63,285 bases of DNA, filler included, from Bonamia ostreae (GCA_040357525.1; 50 parts of 50 records of this genome joined end to end with filler, not necessarily neighbours in it); one strand, 5' to 3'; positions 1-13,415 are shown, counted from the first letter of the whole stretch. Translations and numbers: made by a program. The notes: generated by a model from the sequence alone, not told the origin.

Positions 1-60
1 ACGGCACCTGCTGCCACCTAGGGGGTGTCTAAGGGTCCGTGCTTGCCAAACTTTAGAGTT
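1..60 (-). repeat. Fragment of an abundant oyster-like interspersed repeat (GAAAGGTGAAGATAACGAACAGTGATCAATCTCAT... family)
   Basis: Related segments recur at about 325-365, 1826-1905, 7535-7553, 14570-14715, 22795-22820, 36370-36520, 38147-38215, 51935-51947 and 60385-60430, often at contig ends. Confidence 0.65.
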
Positions 61-1176
61 TGTCTCGCTGAAAGGTGTTGTAAGATTTATGACTAATCGT
101 TATCTCCACATTTCATTTTATCTTTCATAAACTCTTGCATAAATCATTATGTGCATACTGATATAAAGTTATTTAATACATACTATTCAAAGGTTATGTA
201 TTGTTCTTTTGCATGCAATACAGATTCTTATGACCTTAGAAGATATTCAATTCATTTTTAATAGCACTTAGCAACATTTACATATACATGCTTTTAAAAC
301 TTCATTTCATATTTTCTACTAAGTGAAAGGTGGAGATAACGAAAAGTGACCAGTCTCATAGTTCCCACAAATATGGATCTAGGTGATGTTGCATTGTGTA
401 TAATTTTGTCTAAAGAATATAAGTATGGCGAGTAAAATATACCGCATTAGTGACACCGATCATTTCTTACCCCTTCAAACATCTTGATATTGCCAAGAGA
501 TTTTAAATAGCTGAAGCCAGGGGTTTCATATTTCATATGTGTATCTTTTGTGACAGTACCAAAACTGTTTTTCTAATTTCCACTACTTTGGAGTTTACGC
601 TTGTAAAACGTTAAGTTGTGAATGGTTTTCATATTGCTCATGGGTAATCCCTGTGATAGGACATTTCTCTTGGGTAGTAAAACTGATTTGTTTGTTTCAG
701 AAACACATTTTGCCTAACAATGATAGAGTGGACATTACACATTGGGCAGTATCGATAGTAGAAGTTCGAAGCATTATCTGTTTTTATTTCTTTAATTCCG
801 TAGCATATTATGTTGAATTATTGCAATAAGTATAAACGAAATTGTTGGTTTATTTTACAAAAAATCATATCATGAAATGTTGAAAACTGTATCCAAACTA
901 CTTTTTTATTATATGTTTAAGATGGGAAAATGATAGCCTCCATGCATGGTAAACTTCAAGATTCTAAATCAATAATAGGTGATCTTATTGATAATTGATT
1001 ATTATTTTCTTCTCTTTCAGAAAATACTGCATTATTGAAACCTGCCTGGCAAGCGCATCCTTATCACGGGGTTTTGGGTGTTGCCGGTGATGCTGTAGAT
1101 GGTGGGAAAACTAACCTATCTTATTGGGGAGGACATTGTACTTCATCTAATGGTAATCAGCATACAGCCACATGGT

Positions 1177-1276
1177 NNNNNNNNNNNNNNNNNNNNNNNN
1201 NNNNNNNNNNNNNNNNNNNNTTAATTAATTAANNNNNNNNNNNNNNNNNNNNNNNNNNNNNNNNNNNNNNNNNNNN
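1177..1276. other. Artificial contig linker N44-TTAATTAATTAA-N44 (first of about 49 copies, spaced about 1.26-1.28 kb apart)
   Basis: Identical 100-nt spacer with six-frame stops between blocks of steadily decreasing length (1176, 1176, 1176, 1176, 1175 ... about 1158 bp). Confidence 0.99.
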
Positions 1277-2663
1277 TTCTTATGTGGTAAAATATATTTC
1301 TACAGTTTCTACGTGATAAGAAGAAATTACTTGCTCTGGCCTTCAAATAGGAAATGAAATAATCGACGATGTATTTCACTTTACTGTTACTATTTATGCG
1401 TGTGAACTTTCTTATCCTAGTAGTCAAATAGAATTGTAGATGCTCTCTCGTGTTCTGCCTGCTGATTAATTGATATGACCTACCGGTATTTTGATTGGTT
1501 TTGAACTTCTGACGAGATGACCAATTTTCTCCTTTTTTACACATCTTTAGAATTAGACGAATAGACACAGTTTTAAAATAAACTTCATATTTCCCCTAGT
1601 ACATATGGCAAAAAGATAAATGCAACATGTAACATGCGTATAAGCTATATCATTGATGCTTGTGTTCATGCAGAATTAACAATTTATACGGTCAGTGAAA
1701 TCAAACTAATTATGTGCGACAGTTCTTTGACGCTTTTGTCGATCAGTTCCTTATGTATTCTTTAAGGATTGTATGGAATCATTCACTTTTCGTTATCTTT
1801 ACTTTTCATTATTCCGTTTATTGAATGAAGATGCAAGGCTCACGGCAGATGTGACAGGTTAACAAGGGAAGCTTACACCCCCTCCCCCCTTAAGCACTTG
1901 ATCCTATATGTCGCCTTTCTAGATATTTCCATATTTGCACATTTCAATTGTATATTCTCTAAGTTAATCTAGAGATTAATAACGTGTTCCTAATTTTCAC
2001 TTTTTCTAATAATACCATTTTTTGCATTCGCGTTTTTTTTTTCTTTTCATCTCTTGTCATCTCTTTCGCTTAAACTTCGTACTCCAGGTAGAAAATTTTC
2101 TATAATTTGTAAAGAACAAATATCTAATTGTTGTTAAAGGAATAATTTAGTTTTACCTACTGAGACTATATTCTCAGGTGGACTCAAGCTGAGCTATTCT
2201 TCATTAAGTTTATAAACTGAACCTGACCTACACTGTACCATGAGCTCGTATAGTCGTATTGCGTTATTTAGATATTAAATGCCAGTTAAACATATCATCT
2301 TTTCATCCATTCAAAAGGTGATTCCGTCAGATGAAGCACTTTACCGAATATGTTGACATAAACCTGCTATGGAGTATTGCTTAATGACATGCGGTTAAGA
2401 TAGATACAGCTGGAACAAACGTTCTACTTCTACAATAATGTTTTGGAAAGTTNNNNNNNNNNNNNNNNNNNNNNNNNNNNNNNNNNNNNNNNNNNNTTAA
2501 TTAATTAANNNNNNNNNNNNNNNNNNNNNNNNNNNNNNNNNNNNNNNNNNNNGAAAGAAAGCGCATCTTCCGGTTTGTTTTCAGCCATTTTTTCAACATT
2601 GTCGAATATTTTATAACCAATTTTTCATTTATTCTAATTTTTGATAACATTTTCATCTTCGAA

Positions 2664-3077
2664 TTGTCTCCCAATTTTATTAATTTTTCGATAAGAGTGT
2701 TGTTGTATGTTTTCAGCGGTTTGTACGGGATATTTCCATTATGCCATTTTGCGATAAAAAATGGATTGGGTGACTACTTTTCTTTACTCTTGTTGATGGG
2801 CGCAGTTTATCTGGTCGGCGCTTTTATATACGCGATCAGATTCCCAGAAGTCTATCTGCCAGGGCGATTTGATTACTTTGTTTACAACTTTTTCATCTAA
2901 TTTGCTTTTTGTTTCAAATTTTGTGTCAAATTTTATAAATAAAAGTTCAATTCGCATCAACTTTGGCACGTGGCAGTTTTTATGGGAGCGTTCATACACT
3001 ACTTTGCGGTATTGAAAATGTACGACAGTTCTGTTTCTCAATTTTTATCAATGTCTCTCAGAATACAGAACGGATAA
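2664..3077 (+). CDS. PAQR/adiponectin-receptor (hemolysin III family) membrane protein, 3' part (protist)
   Basis: YAIRFPEVYLPGRFDYF | intron 2880-2945 (GT..AG, 66 nt) | FNSHQLWHVAVFMGAFIHY gives the PAQR C-terminal PGxFD...SHQLWH motif; stop at 3075-3077. Confidence 0.9.
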
Positions 3078-3310
3078 AGATAAAATTTTATCCAATTCAT
3101 TTTGTTTTAACCAATTAAAAATCAAATATTTACCAAAATTATCTTAAATTATATTCCCGCAGAAGAAAATAAAAAAGAAAATCATTTATGTCAACTGAGT
3201 GATTTTAATAAAAATTTTTAGACAGTTTTTAAAACTTTAAAGCGATTAAGTTATTTTTATCGATTTTTATATAAATTTTTGAACAGTTTTTAAATTTAAT
3301 TTATGTACAT

Positions 3311-3728
3311 TTATTGGATTATTCTTATTGCGCACATCACCCATTCACCTTCAAACAAAATATAAATCTGTTTAGATTTTTAAAGATAATTATTAGAACA
3401 AAAACATAAAAGTTTGTACAAAAATAATTTTTATTTACCGCCTTTCTCATGTTTCTATTGTAGCTGACCCCGACATATGTCAATTCGGCGTGGAAATACC
3501 GACCAAAACCCTCGTCACGCTTTAAATAGCTTCTTCACAGAATAAGAATTGAAAAAATAGCATATTTGGTGCTGAAACTGAAACTAACACTTTTTATGAT
3601 GAAGTTCAAAGAATCTATTTCTACAGCGAAACAAGGAACATAAAAAGATATAGAGGCCATGAATAAATTTTGAAAAACGAGATCCTTGAAGAATGAATAC
3701 ATGAACACCCACGAACAACAAGAATTGA
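3311..3728 (-). CDS. Hypothetical protist protein, 3' exons, convergent with PAQR
   Basis: Exons DEGFGRYFHAELTYVGVSYNRNMRKA and IYILFEGEWVMCAIRIIQ* can be joined across a GT..AG intron; family not recognised. Confidence 0.4.
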
Positions 3729-3863
3729 NNNNNNNNNNNNNNNNNNNNNNNNNNNNNNNNNNNNNNNNNNNNTTAATTAATTAANNNNNNNNNNNNNNNN
3801 NNNNNNNNNNNNNNNNNNNNNNNNNNNNTAGTGTCAAATTTCAATTTTTAATTACAAAAATGG

Positions 3864-4331
3864 TCAATATCCTATTTTAATTACATCCCATTCCTTAATA
3901 CCGGCCATATCAAGAGAGACTTCCCAGTTCGACAAAAATCTGTTTCCGACACTAAAATTGATTTTTCTGTTTTTCAGATTGCTGTAATTGGAAGCGAGTT
4001 GAATGTAGAGATCCCAAAAAGTCGCTGATAACGGCATTTCTTTTAATACGCACACGCCCATTCCTTCGATATGTAGCATTAAGTTGTTGGCGTTATTTTT
4101 GGCTATAGCACTCGTGAACGGTGCGTTTTTGGCAGAATCGTTTTTGTGGATTGAGTCGATTATTCTTTTTTCGTCCGTGAACAAATATTTGCTTGTTGAC
4201 TAAATTTTGTTCAACTTTACTAATGGCTCGGAGAAGGACGGAGATCTCTCGGGCAGACCGAAATCGATTTCTACGAAGGACAGAAGCGAGTTTGATTCGT
4301 GGTGTTGTTTGTAATTGTTGTTATACGCCAT
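3864..4331 (-). CDS. Small protein with probable C-terminal ubiquitin-like domain (protist)
   Basis: ATG at 4331; a 21-nt intron 4200-4220 (gtaaag..atttag) joins two ORFs in frame; the C-terminus (INFSVGNRFLSNWEVSLDMAGIKEWDVIKI) has a ubiquitin-fold pattern. Confidence 0.6.
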
Positions 4332-4432
4332 TTTTACAAAATCTGGAAATACAATTATATGAGAATAGATTAATGTGCAAAAATAGCTTTGGAAAATATA
4401 GAATTGATGCCATAAAGTGCAATTAGCCAAAA

Positions 4433-4932
4433 ATGCTGAAATCGAGATTGAAGAATTGTTTCTTAAGAGCAAAACCTTATTTGTCTGTGGTTAGAGCGAA
4501 TAATCAAATCGGCACTTATTTACTTTTCTTTCCATGCGCATGGAGCACTGGTTTCGAAATTATATTTTATAAAGCTTTTGGAGCAAGTAATGGCTGCTTT
4601 CCCGACTTGAAAATTTTGACACTCTTTTTAAGTGGTTCTTTTGTTATGCGAAACGCCGGCTGCATCGTCAACGATTTAATTGACGTTGATCTTGATGCCA
4701 AAGTAGATAGAACTAAAAACAGACCATTATCTAGCGGACTTTTAACTAAATCAAAAGCCATATATTTCTTGATAAGTCAGCTTTTGATCGGATTAATGGT
4801 CCTCGCTCAATTCAATACGAAAACGTAATAAAATTAATTTGAAGTTTCATTTTAGGTTTTGGGTCAGTACCTTTGTTTTTGGTTTATCCTTACATGAAAA
4901 GGTTGACTTACTGGCCACAGGTTTTCCTATCG
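4433..4932 (+). CDS. COQ2: 4-hydroxybenzoate polyprenyltransferase (UbiA family), 5' part
   Basis: MRNAGCIVNDLIDVDLDAKVDRTKNRPLSSG and VYPYMKRLTYWPQ motifs; introns 4551-4574 (24 nt) and 4825-4844 (20 nt). Confidence 0.95.
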
Positions 4933-5104
4933 TGATAATAGATTATCAAAATTTTATCGCAAAAAATAAAAACTATCAAAAATTTTTCTAAAAATTGCCA
5001 AACCNNNNNNNNNNNNNNNNNNNNNNNNNNNNNNNNNNNNNNNNNNNNTTAATTAATTAANNNNNNNNNNNNNNNNNNNNNNNNNNNNNNNNNNNNNNNN
5101 NNNN

Positions 5105-6064
5105 ATCTGATGATTTCTGAATGCTCTTTGCTTAGTATGTTGAAAGGAACATTCCTTGCAAAGTGCCTCAGGTTCAAGACATGAAAGGCAAAAGGAAGTT
5201 GCGTAGCTAATTTGACTATCCAGGATACATAGTTCACATTTGATTGCATTTTCGTCCATGTGTATAATATATGCCGGCATATCATTAGACAAAACGTGTC
5301 CTCGAGTATTCCTTTGTCGAGTATGATGTCGACCACAGTTATTGCATAATGGTTCTGGCAGCTCGCAAGAAGTACACCAGCATGATGCTGTAATCGACTC
5401 TTCATTTTCAGCGCAAAGGCTACATTCCAGATTTGTTTTTATTTTATCTCTACTGTGCTGTGTATCCTGTAATTATATGCAGAGATGTTTTTTTTTATTC
5501 AGAGAAATAAGTAAATGTGTGCATATTGGATATTTTGAAGACAGTTACATTTGTTAAAAATATTCAAAATTGTCTGATACGAATATATATTAACTTGGAA
5601 GCGTCCCAATTGTTTCCATATTTCATTCCATTGCTATTCATTGAACTTGAATTCATAGATAAATTATTGAAAATAATTGATACCTGTTCAGAAGACTGAG
5701 AATTATTTGGTTTATTTTCCAAATCCGTTTTGATAGAATGACTTTTAAACATTTTTGATCCTGTGTGTTTCTTTGAGCATAAAAGACACATGTACTCTGG
5801 GTCTTCGCAAGTATCGCAATACCCATGGGCTGGCACCCTTTCGTTTTCACCGAAGCAAAGTTCACATAATACTTCTTTTTCCCTGTCTTCCTCAATAGTG
5901 ATTACTTTATGTGACTTAGTTGCACGTTGGGTTTGATGTCGCCGTCCGCATGGCTCACAAAGGTGTATCTGTTCTTCTTTACATACCAGAGAAGCATTTA
6001 CGGATTCACCAACACCATAGCAAACATCACATAAGCTGGTAGAGCAGATATTGTCATCGTCCAT
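5105..6064 (-). CDS. Multi-B-box zinc-finger (TRIM-like) protein, host bivalve, partial
   Basis: Repeated CxxC..C..C..CxxCxxxH..R.TKSHK B-box units across two exons; such genes are expanded in oysters. Confidence 0.8.
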
Positions 6065-7653
6065 CTAGAGAAGATAAGTTATTATTTACTACCTTATAGG
6101 TTCATTTTAAAAGTAAATAATGCTTTCATGTGACATTTACAAATATTTAGAAATCACATAGAATTTGCAGGTCCAATGTTTTACCTGGTTCACAAAGGTT
6201 ACTTTTCTGTTTGAAAATAGCAATTTGAACGCCGCTTTGATTCACCTTGTTCTTCGCTTATTCATGAGTTTTCCTAACGNNNNNNNNNNNNNNNNNNNNN
6301 NNNNNNNNNNNNNNNNNNNNNNNTTAATTAATTAANNNNNNNNNNNNNNNNNNNNNNNNNNNNNNNNNNNNNNNNNNNNTTCTTAGTGAGCATTGCTTAC
6401 AGTAACTCAGTAACATGTCAATCTCTTGTTAGTTTTATTCTATGCATTGTGCATAAGATTTAAATTCCTTTGGGCCTTTCATTTTGTGTTTTCCCTATGA
6501 TCCTTTTCAGAATCATTAACTTTTAGATATAATGTCTTGGTATCAAATATGAAAACCCATCCTTTCTTCATCATTAGGTACATAGGAGTATTTACGTAGA
6601 ATGTTTTACCAAAACTTACAGCTATCGATCCTACTGCATTCTTGACTCAAATACACATGCGCATGTAAAACAAACCGCATAGAAAACACTCATGTAGGAT
6701 AAATGATTATTACAAGCTATTGCAAAAACAGAAGAATAAATTGATGCTGTTATATAATATGCCTTCACAAAATATACAACATATTGATGTAATGATTTCA
6801 GATAATATCCCTTTATAGGCCCTATAAGCTTAGTGCCATAATTCTTGAGAAAAACGAGGTCAAATATAACTCTGACAACGAGGATTTGTTTCTGTGAAAT
6901 AAAAGAAATTCAGAGGAATGTGTAAAACTATAAATGAATATTTTACCTGAATAGGAAGTTCGTCTCAGAATGACATCGATTACAGTGTGACTATCGCTTT
7001 ATCTTTTCTGTCGTGGACTTTACTATTGTATGTGCTTCTAAATTAAGATTATCAGCAGATTTTTCATTGAATCAAAAATGAAAGGACTCAATGTGTGTAT
7101 ATACTGATAGTGGAATTTCCATGTCAATCTTTTCATAAACACGTTTAGCTTAGACGATGATATATCGAATAAAAAAACATGATGTTCCAACAACTATCGA
7201 GTAGAAGTGAGCAGGTCTTAAGTGAGGTAAGAGGCTGTGTAATATTTTAGAATTACGAAAGGATGTTACATACATGTATATAAAAGAAATCCTATCATTC
7301 AATGAACTTGTTGCTATTCAAACAATCCAATATATGTATTTCCCAATTGGATTGCATGTATGTAGTATGACTTTATTGATTAATTCATGATTTAAATATT
7401 TAAGATTTCAAATAACAAGTGGTACTTCAAATTATGAGTTCACAGACATAATTTCAAACATGGATGTTTTTGGTTTTCACGGTAAGTACTGTATGGAAAA
7501 TTGAATTTGTCGTCAGAAAAAGGTCAGTTAGTAAATGAAAGGTGAAGATAACANNNNNNNNNNNNNNNNNNNNNNNNNNNNNNNNNNNNNNNNNNNNTTA
7601 ATTAATTAANNNNNNNNNNNNNNNNNNNNNNNNNNNNNNNNNNNNNNNNNNNN

Positions 7654-7895
7654 TAACAAATATTTGTAAATCGCAAAAAATTACAAAAATCGCGCTCGAT
7701 AAACAAACGAAAATAGAAAAGCAATAAATTACAAAAATCGCGTTCAATAATAACAAATATTTGTAAATCGCAAAAAATTACAAAAATCGCGCTCGATAAA
7801 CAAACAAAAATCGAAAAGCAATAAATTACAAAAATCGCGTTCAATAATAACAAATATTTGGAAATCACAAAAAATTACAAAAATCGCGCACGAAA
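7654..7895. repeat. 97-bp tandem repeat (about 2.5 copies) inside the RPN2 intron
   Basis: Unit starting TAACAAATATTTG at 7654, 7751 and 7848. Confidence 0.9.
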
Positions 7896-7918
7896 AACAA
7901 CAAAAATCCAAAAAAAAC

Positions 7919-8692
7919 TCCGTTCTGGACAATCTCATTTCCGTCCGACTTTTTAAGCGCGTCAACGAAGAAATCCAATCGCTCCGTCCCGTGCCCGGAA
8001 TGCATCAGACCCGCCGCGAACAAGGCTCCCCCTTCTTGATACGGACTACGCCTCACGCCATTCTGCGGCAAATGGGCCTTCAGAAGTTTTTCGAACTCGA
8101 GCGCGTTGCCTTTGTGCACCACTCCGAGACTCGCCACGGCGGAGAACTTTGTCCAGTTCGAACATTCGGCAAACCAAGAAGTGTTTCTGCGCACAAAGCC
8201 GTCTTGGGCTGTGCCACAACGCGCGAATCCGTGCGCGATAATAAGTGCGCCCGTCGAAATCGGATTTTTGTTTCCGACGCTCTGCAACACGGCTCCGAGT
8301 TCCGCCGCGCCGCGTTTACAGGCGCCGTACAGAAACTGCAATTGCAGAAAGTCGAGGAAATGGCCGGTCAGAATTCTCCGAATGGTGGTAGCTCGCGCAA
8401 AGTGCTCCGGGAAAAAATGTGATGAGATTTTAATTAAATCGTCTTTCGTAATTTTTGCGCCGTTTTCTCGCAATTTCTTGAAAGTTTGTTTAGTTTCGTT
8501 CAAAGCGGTTAAAGATTTTTCGACGTTGAAACTTGCGCCGCTGTTTGCGGCGTTTTCTAGAATTTCTTCGAGCTTTATTTTTGTTCCGGCGAGTTCGACT
8601 GTTTCGTCGTCGCAGTAAAACGGAATCATCAAATTTTCGACGACTCTTTTGATCAACTGGCGATCTGTTGTTTCAGCGATGTCGAAAGCGAT
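7919..8692 (-). CDS. RPN2: 26S proteasome regulatory subunit Rpn2/PSMD1, internal exon
   Basis: IAFD..; CGTAQDGFVRRNTSWFAECSNWTKFSAVASLGVVHKG..SPYQEGGALFAAGLMH; exon bounded by AG (ending 8693) and GT (starting 7918). Confidence 0.93.
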
Positions 8693-10917
8693 CTGTTAAA
8701 ATTTTTCAAAAAATTGTTTTTTCGAAATATTTAAAATTTGTTCTTTTATAAAAAGAATTATTTTTTCAATATATTTAAAAATTAATCTATTCTAAAAAAT
8801 TGTTTTTCGAAATATTTTTTTATAATANNNNNNNNNNNNNNNNNNNNNNNNNNNNNNNNNNNNNNNNNNNNTTAATTAATTAANNNNNNNNNNNNNNNNN
8901 NNNNNNNNNNNNNNNNNNNNNNNNNNNTACTCCTACAATCGATTCTCAACTTATGACACCTTCTATCATTTTGTTCAAATTGTCCTAGGTCCAACAAACA
9001 ACACTAATTCATGGAATTCAGAAATACTTATTTTTTATTCAACTTTATTCCAGAAACTTCCATCTAACAGAACCATTCGTACTTTGAATGTGCTCTAGCA
9101 TAATGATATTTGCCCGTGGATATATTCTTAAGTTATCATAATATTACACATTAATATTAACAATCACAGAGAAAGTCGTGTAAACAGTCATAACAAGTGG
9201 AATCCCTTTCTTAATAATTCTGTTTAGAATCTTCTTAAAATGACGTCACCTACGTATTAGAGTTACTCGGCAATGGAGGGTCCGGCGCCTTGTTCCCATT
9301 CCTAACAAAATTGATTTATTTATTGTAGAAATATGTACCCAGCCATTTTTAATGTGTTGATTATTGAAAATTAGAATATCATCAAATTCTAGACTTACTG
9401 AAATACCTTTATTTATTTATTTACACTTGATATTCTAAAAAACACATTGTCAAATTCAAATGAATCATCTCATTGTTTTAATCTTCATCAAACATATCTA
9501 ACTCCAGTCGCAGTTTCTTATTCATTAATTGATAATAAATAATCTGCTCATGGATCTTCTTCTTCTGCTCCACTAAGACTTCGTACTGCATCCAGGTCAA
9601 GTCAGTGGGCTTTATCTTATTTGTGTTCCTGCGTTGGCCAACCACTGGGTTGTGTTGCTGTTTGCAGTCTACAAAAGTGTTTAGATATAAATAAATTTTG
9701 TACATGTAGAAGCGAAGTTCTTCTCAGTTTATTGATTCTTATTTACAATGTGTTATCCATTTTTTCCATGTTGTAACCCATAATCCAGTAGAACATGCCT
9801 TTCAATATGTAAAGGCTGTCAGATGTGGTGACTTTCATGCTCCAAAAATGGTCCAAGAAGTCAAAAACGCTTTATCTACTTAACGGTTCTGGGACAAAAT
9901 CAGACCTAATAATGAACAATGGATTGATACCAGGGAAAAGGTTATGAACGATATGATTGAAAATAAATGCGTATAGGTGCCAATGCTTCTCGAAAAGTTG
10001 AGGGCAGTAAGAAATGACAATGTCTTCGCTGAATCAACTCATAAAGATGCATGGAGCGCGGGCTTGGAAAAACAAGGTACATAACAGTCCAAGATAGAGT
10101 CNNNNNNNNNNNNNNNNNNNNNNNNNNNNNNNNNNNNNNNNNNNNTTAATTAATTAANNNNNNNNNNNNNNNNNNNNNNNNNNNNNNNNNNNNNNNNNNN
10201 NCCAGTGGCAAATGTAGTAGTTAAAAGCATTTGTTGTCAATTCGAAGTGCTGATAATTTTCTGTTCTGAAACAATCAAAATTGATTCATACCGAGCAACA
10301 TTAGGAATACAGCTTCAGTTTCATTTAATTGAACGTTAAATTATACATAACGACTAAACATGACCATTGTTTTGCTCGATTAAATGGTAAGCTTGCATAT
10401 ATGTTTATATACAAGACGGGTAAATATTGCAGGATCCAGTAAAAATAAACCAGGTCCAAGCGAAAATGTTAATTGCTAACTATATGTTAACATTGTCTTA
10501 TGAACGTACAATTTAACATTTGAAATAATGGTGTTAGAAATGTGAATTTCTTCAACGTACAACGAATACTTGCTAGGAGCGTGATAGGAATAGCATCGGC
10601 ATGTTCGTGGTTTTGCATAGAAAAATAAGGAGATATTAAAATAGATTATAAATTAGGAACATTTCCTGAAATATGAATTGATGAGGGAAGCTTCATGTTT
10701 ATGGGTGCGTTAGAATATATGCGGCATTGCTTACACTTGTGGAAAAATATTTCCTAACAATGATGCTCTATACCCTTTCAATTTTGTTGCTATCTATCAA
10801 ACGCATGGGATTTAAAAAATGTAATGGGTAAGTCTTCCATATTCATTTCCACTATCATTATAGAGTGTGTGCATTTGTAATACATTGCTCTATTATGTTT
10901 GATTTTCCATTATTTAA

Positions 10918-11253
10918 GTCCCAATGGTATCGTTTGCTGTTCCGGTTTCTACTTTAACAAAACCTTGGACAATTGTTCCAGTAAGTTTTGAATTACGTCA
11001 AGCAGCATGCAAACTAATTGTATTTTCTCCTACATATATTATCAATTTTGATATGTAACACAGCTTTTAAGTTTTGTATTTTGTGATATTTTGCTTGCAT
11101 TAACTACTGTTGCATTTAGAGTGTTCCCCGGGCTTCTATGGTATCAACTGTTCTTCAAAGTGTTCCCCTCCTAGATATGGACAAAATTGTCAGTTTGAAT
11201 GCAATTGTGATGATCATGATTGCCATTTTTCCTATGGCTGCTTTGTATCCACA
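10918..11253 (+). CDS. MEGF10/laminin-EGF-like repeat protein exons (host)
   Basis: PNGIVCCSGFYFNKTLDNC and ECSPGFYGINCSSKCSPPRYGQNCQFECNC..CHFSYGC exons with GT/AG borders. Confidence 0.8.
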
Positions 11254-11994
11254 GGTGAGGATCAGTTTCTAACAAAGATAACGAACAGCGTAAAGTATAT
11301 ATGAAAGAATTGATAATTAATGGATTCTAAGATTGTATTCAATGGATATTAATCCCGTGGGGATCCGGGTTAGAANNNNNNNNNNNNNNNNNNNNNNNNN
11401 NNNNNNNNNNNNNNNNNNNTTAATTAATTAANNNNNNNNNNNNNNNNNNNNNNNNNNNNNNNNNNNNNNNNNNNNTTAATCACAAGTTATTGACAAATAA
11501 TTTGATGACAAAGATTTTTCAACAGTATGCTTTGAAGCAAAAACTAGCAAATTGTAAATTACTTATGAGTGGTAATTCACTGCAAAGTCACTAAGAATCA
11601 TAGAAAATGACTTTGCAAGGATGACGACTAGTAGATAGTGATTTTCATCAAACTATCTCTATTATTATTTTTAACATATTCTAGGTGTGTGTTATATACC
11701 TAGGGTCATGAGATAGAAATGTTACAATTTCATTGTAACTTAGTTATAGTGTATAAACAGTGAATAGGAGACAAGGATCAGGAGGAGTTTGCCAATATGA
11801 TGATGGACTAACTACCTAATGCCATGTCTTTTTTCTTTGTAGTTAATGTGGCAAATGCTGGGGGACTGCAGAAAGATCGAGTGTGTCATTTAAATTTCAT
11901 TATATAACCTTTCATTTTTATTTTTACTTAAAGCTCAAGTGAGCTAATATGATCACCCTTTGCCTGCCGTCTGTCCGTTCGTCCATCTATCCGT

Positions 11995-12135
11995 ATCACG
12001 TGGGAATCTGGGTTAGAATATGTCCTAAGTATCCCATCCTTGTCGTAAACGGTGACTAAATGGGTGGACCTACCGATGAAATCGCAAACACCAAGGCCCC
12101 GTTTGAAAGAAAGTGTGGCATGATCAAATTAAAAT
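11995..12135 (+). repeat. Bivalve SINE-like repeat fragment (GGGATCCGGGTTAGAA family)
   Basis: The same motif closes the contig at 11352-11375. Confidence 0.55.
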
Positions 12136-12851
12136 TCTCGTTCAACAATAAAGAACCAATTATCTGTCCCTCCGTCTTTCCATACTTTTTTAACATAATC
12201 ATCTTTTCTAGAACCACTGGGCTAATTGCATTCAAACTTAGTACAAATCACTCATGGGTACAGGTGATTCAAGTTTATCTAATGAAAAGTCATGCGACTT
12301 CAAAGCGGAGACAATCACAAAAAGGCAAAACATAGTATGTGACCATTTCAGAATTTTTTTAAGAACCACTGGGCCAGACATGTTTACATCAATGATTCTT
12401 GGCATAGTGCATGTTCGTGTTTGTTAAAATATCGGATCCCAGGAGCAGGATGGAACCATAACCGGGGATCAAAATTTTACATGTGAATATCCTGGAAATT
12501 TCTAAAGATCTTCTCAAAAACCACAGGGACATGAATGTTGAATTTTTTATGAAAACTTCCTGACATAAGGTTTACCTAGAAGTTAGACCCACTTCCCATA
12601 GAATTTCCCATATTGAAGTATTAAAAGTAGATCTTTCATATCTTGGATNNNNNNNNNNNNNNNNNNNNNNNNNNNNNNNNNNNNNNNNNNNNTTAATTAA
12701 TTAANNNNNNNNNNNNNNNNNNNNNNNNNNNNNNNNNNNNNNNNNNNNGAAATTAGACATTTGGGATGTTTATAAGCGAGGCTTAAAAAACACAGCAAAA
12801 AAGTAAAATAGACCTTTTTTCATTGAGTCATGGGATCGATTCCTTATAAAT

Positions 12852-13415
12852 TTGGCTTACCATTGCCAACAGGTCATTAACTCCAGGAATGAAAACGATA
12901 CATTCTATTTTCATGAACACTTAAGGCCTATCGTATCACAATTGTATCTACACTTTATTGGTGATCATAGATTCAAAGGTGATCTAAATGCAGGAATAGT
13001 TCTGCATGGAGCCAAAGGAGTAGGTAAAACAACCCTATTAGAGGGGTATGTTAAATACATAGATGCTTCATGGAACAGAAACTTTACTTATTGGAATGCT
13101 CGTAGGTTATCCCTATTAGTAGAGAGAGAAGGGGAACATGTACTTACCAATATTCAAAGAAAGCCTTTGATGTTGGATGAAATAGGGCAAGAGGTAAAAG
13201 AGGTTCTTCATATGGGAACCAGGATAAAACCTATTCCGGAATTAATCAACCTTAAATATGAGGTTGGTTCATGGTTGTTTGGTACATCAAATTACTCATT
13301 CCAGAAATGGGGCGAGATGTATGGAACAACAATATCTACCCGAATTGGTAAAATGTCCAATAGGATAGAAGTAGAGAATATCAATTTAAGGAGAGACAAT
13401 TTAATCAAATTATAA
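12852..13415 (+). CDS. Phage/bacterial P-loop ATPase, DnaC/IstB-like (replication loader-type)
   Basis: Walker A GAKGVGKT, Walker B LMLDEIGQE, then GTSN..YGTTISTRIGKMSNRIEV; intronless; stop overlaps the next ATG (TAATG). True start uncertain. Confidence 0.8.
   Translation: MAYHCQQVINSRNENDTFYFHEHLRPIVSQLYLHFIGDHRFKGDLNAGIVLHGAKGVGKTTLLEGYVKYIDASWNRNFTYWNARRLSLLVEREGEHVLTNIQRKPLMLDEIGQEVKEVLHMGTRIKPIPELINLKYEVGSWLFGTSNYSFQKWGEMYGTTISTRIGKMSNRIEVENINLRRDNLIKL

Noticed and set aside
1221-1232. Regularly spaced TTAATTAATTAA as a CRISPR-like or biological repeat array
   Set aside because: Always embedded in N44 pads between size-sorted contigs; it is an assembly linker.
3430-3520. U1 snRNA-like words (GCTGACCCC..GTGGAAATACCGAC)
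   Set aside because: Spacing is wrong, there is no ACUUACCUG 5' end or Sm site, and the opposite strand reads as an exon.
7991-8618. Plus-strand ORFs overlapping RPN2 (likewise shadows of SAS10, PCNA, 41054-41458 and 28599-28862)
   Set aside because: Antisense shadow ORFs with no recognisable motifs.
9478-9705. Harbinger-associated Myb/SANT protein tail
   Set aside because: Only a generic coiled-coil resemblance; no transposase motif or TIR found.
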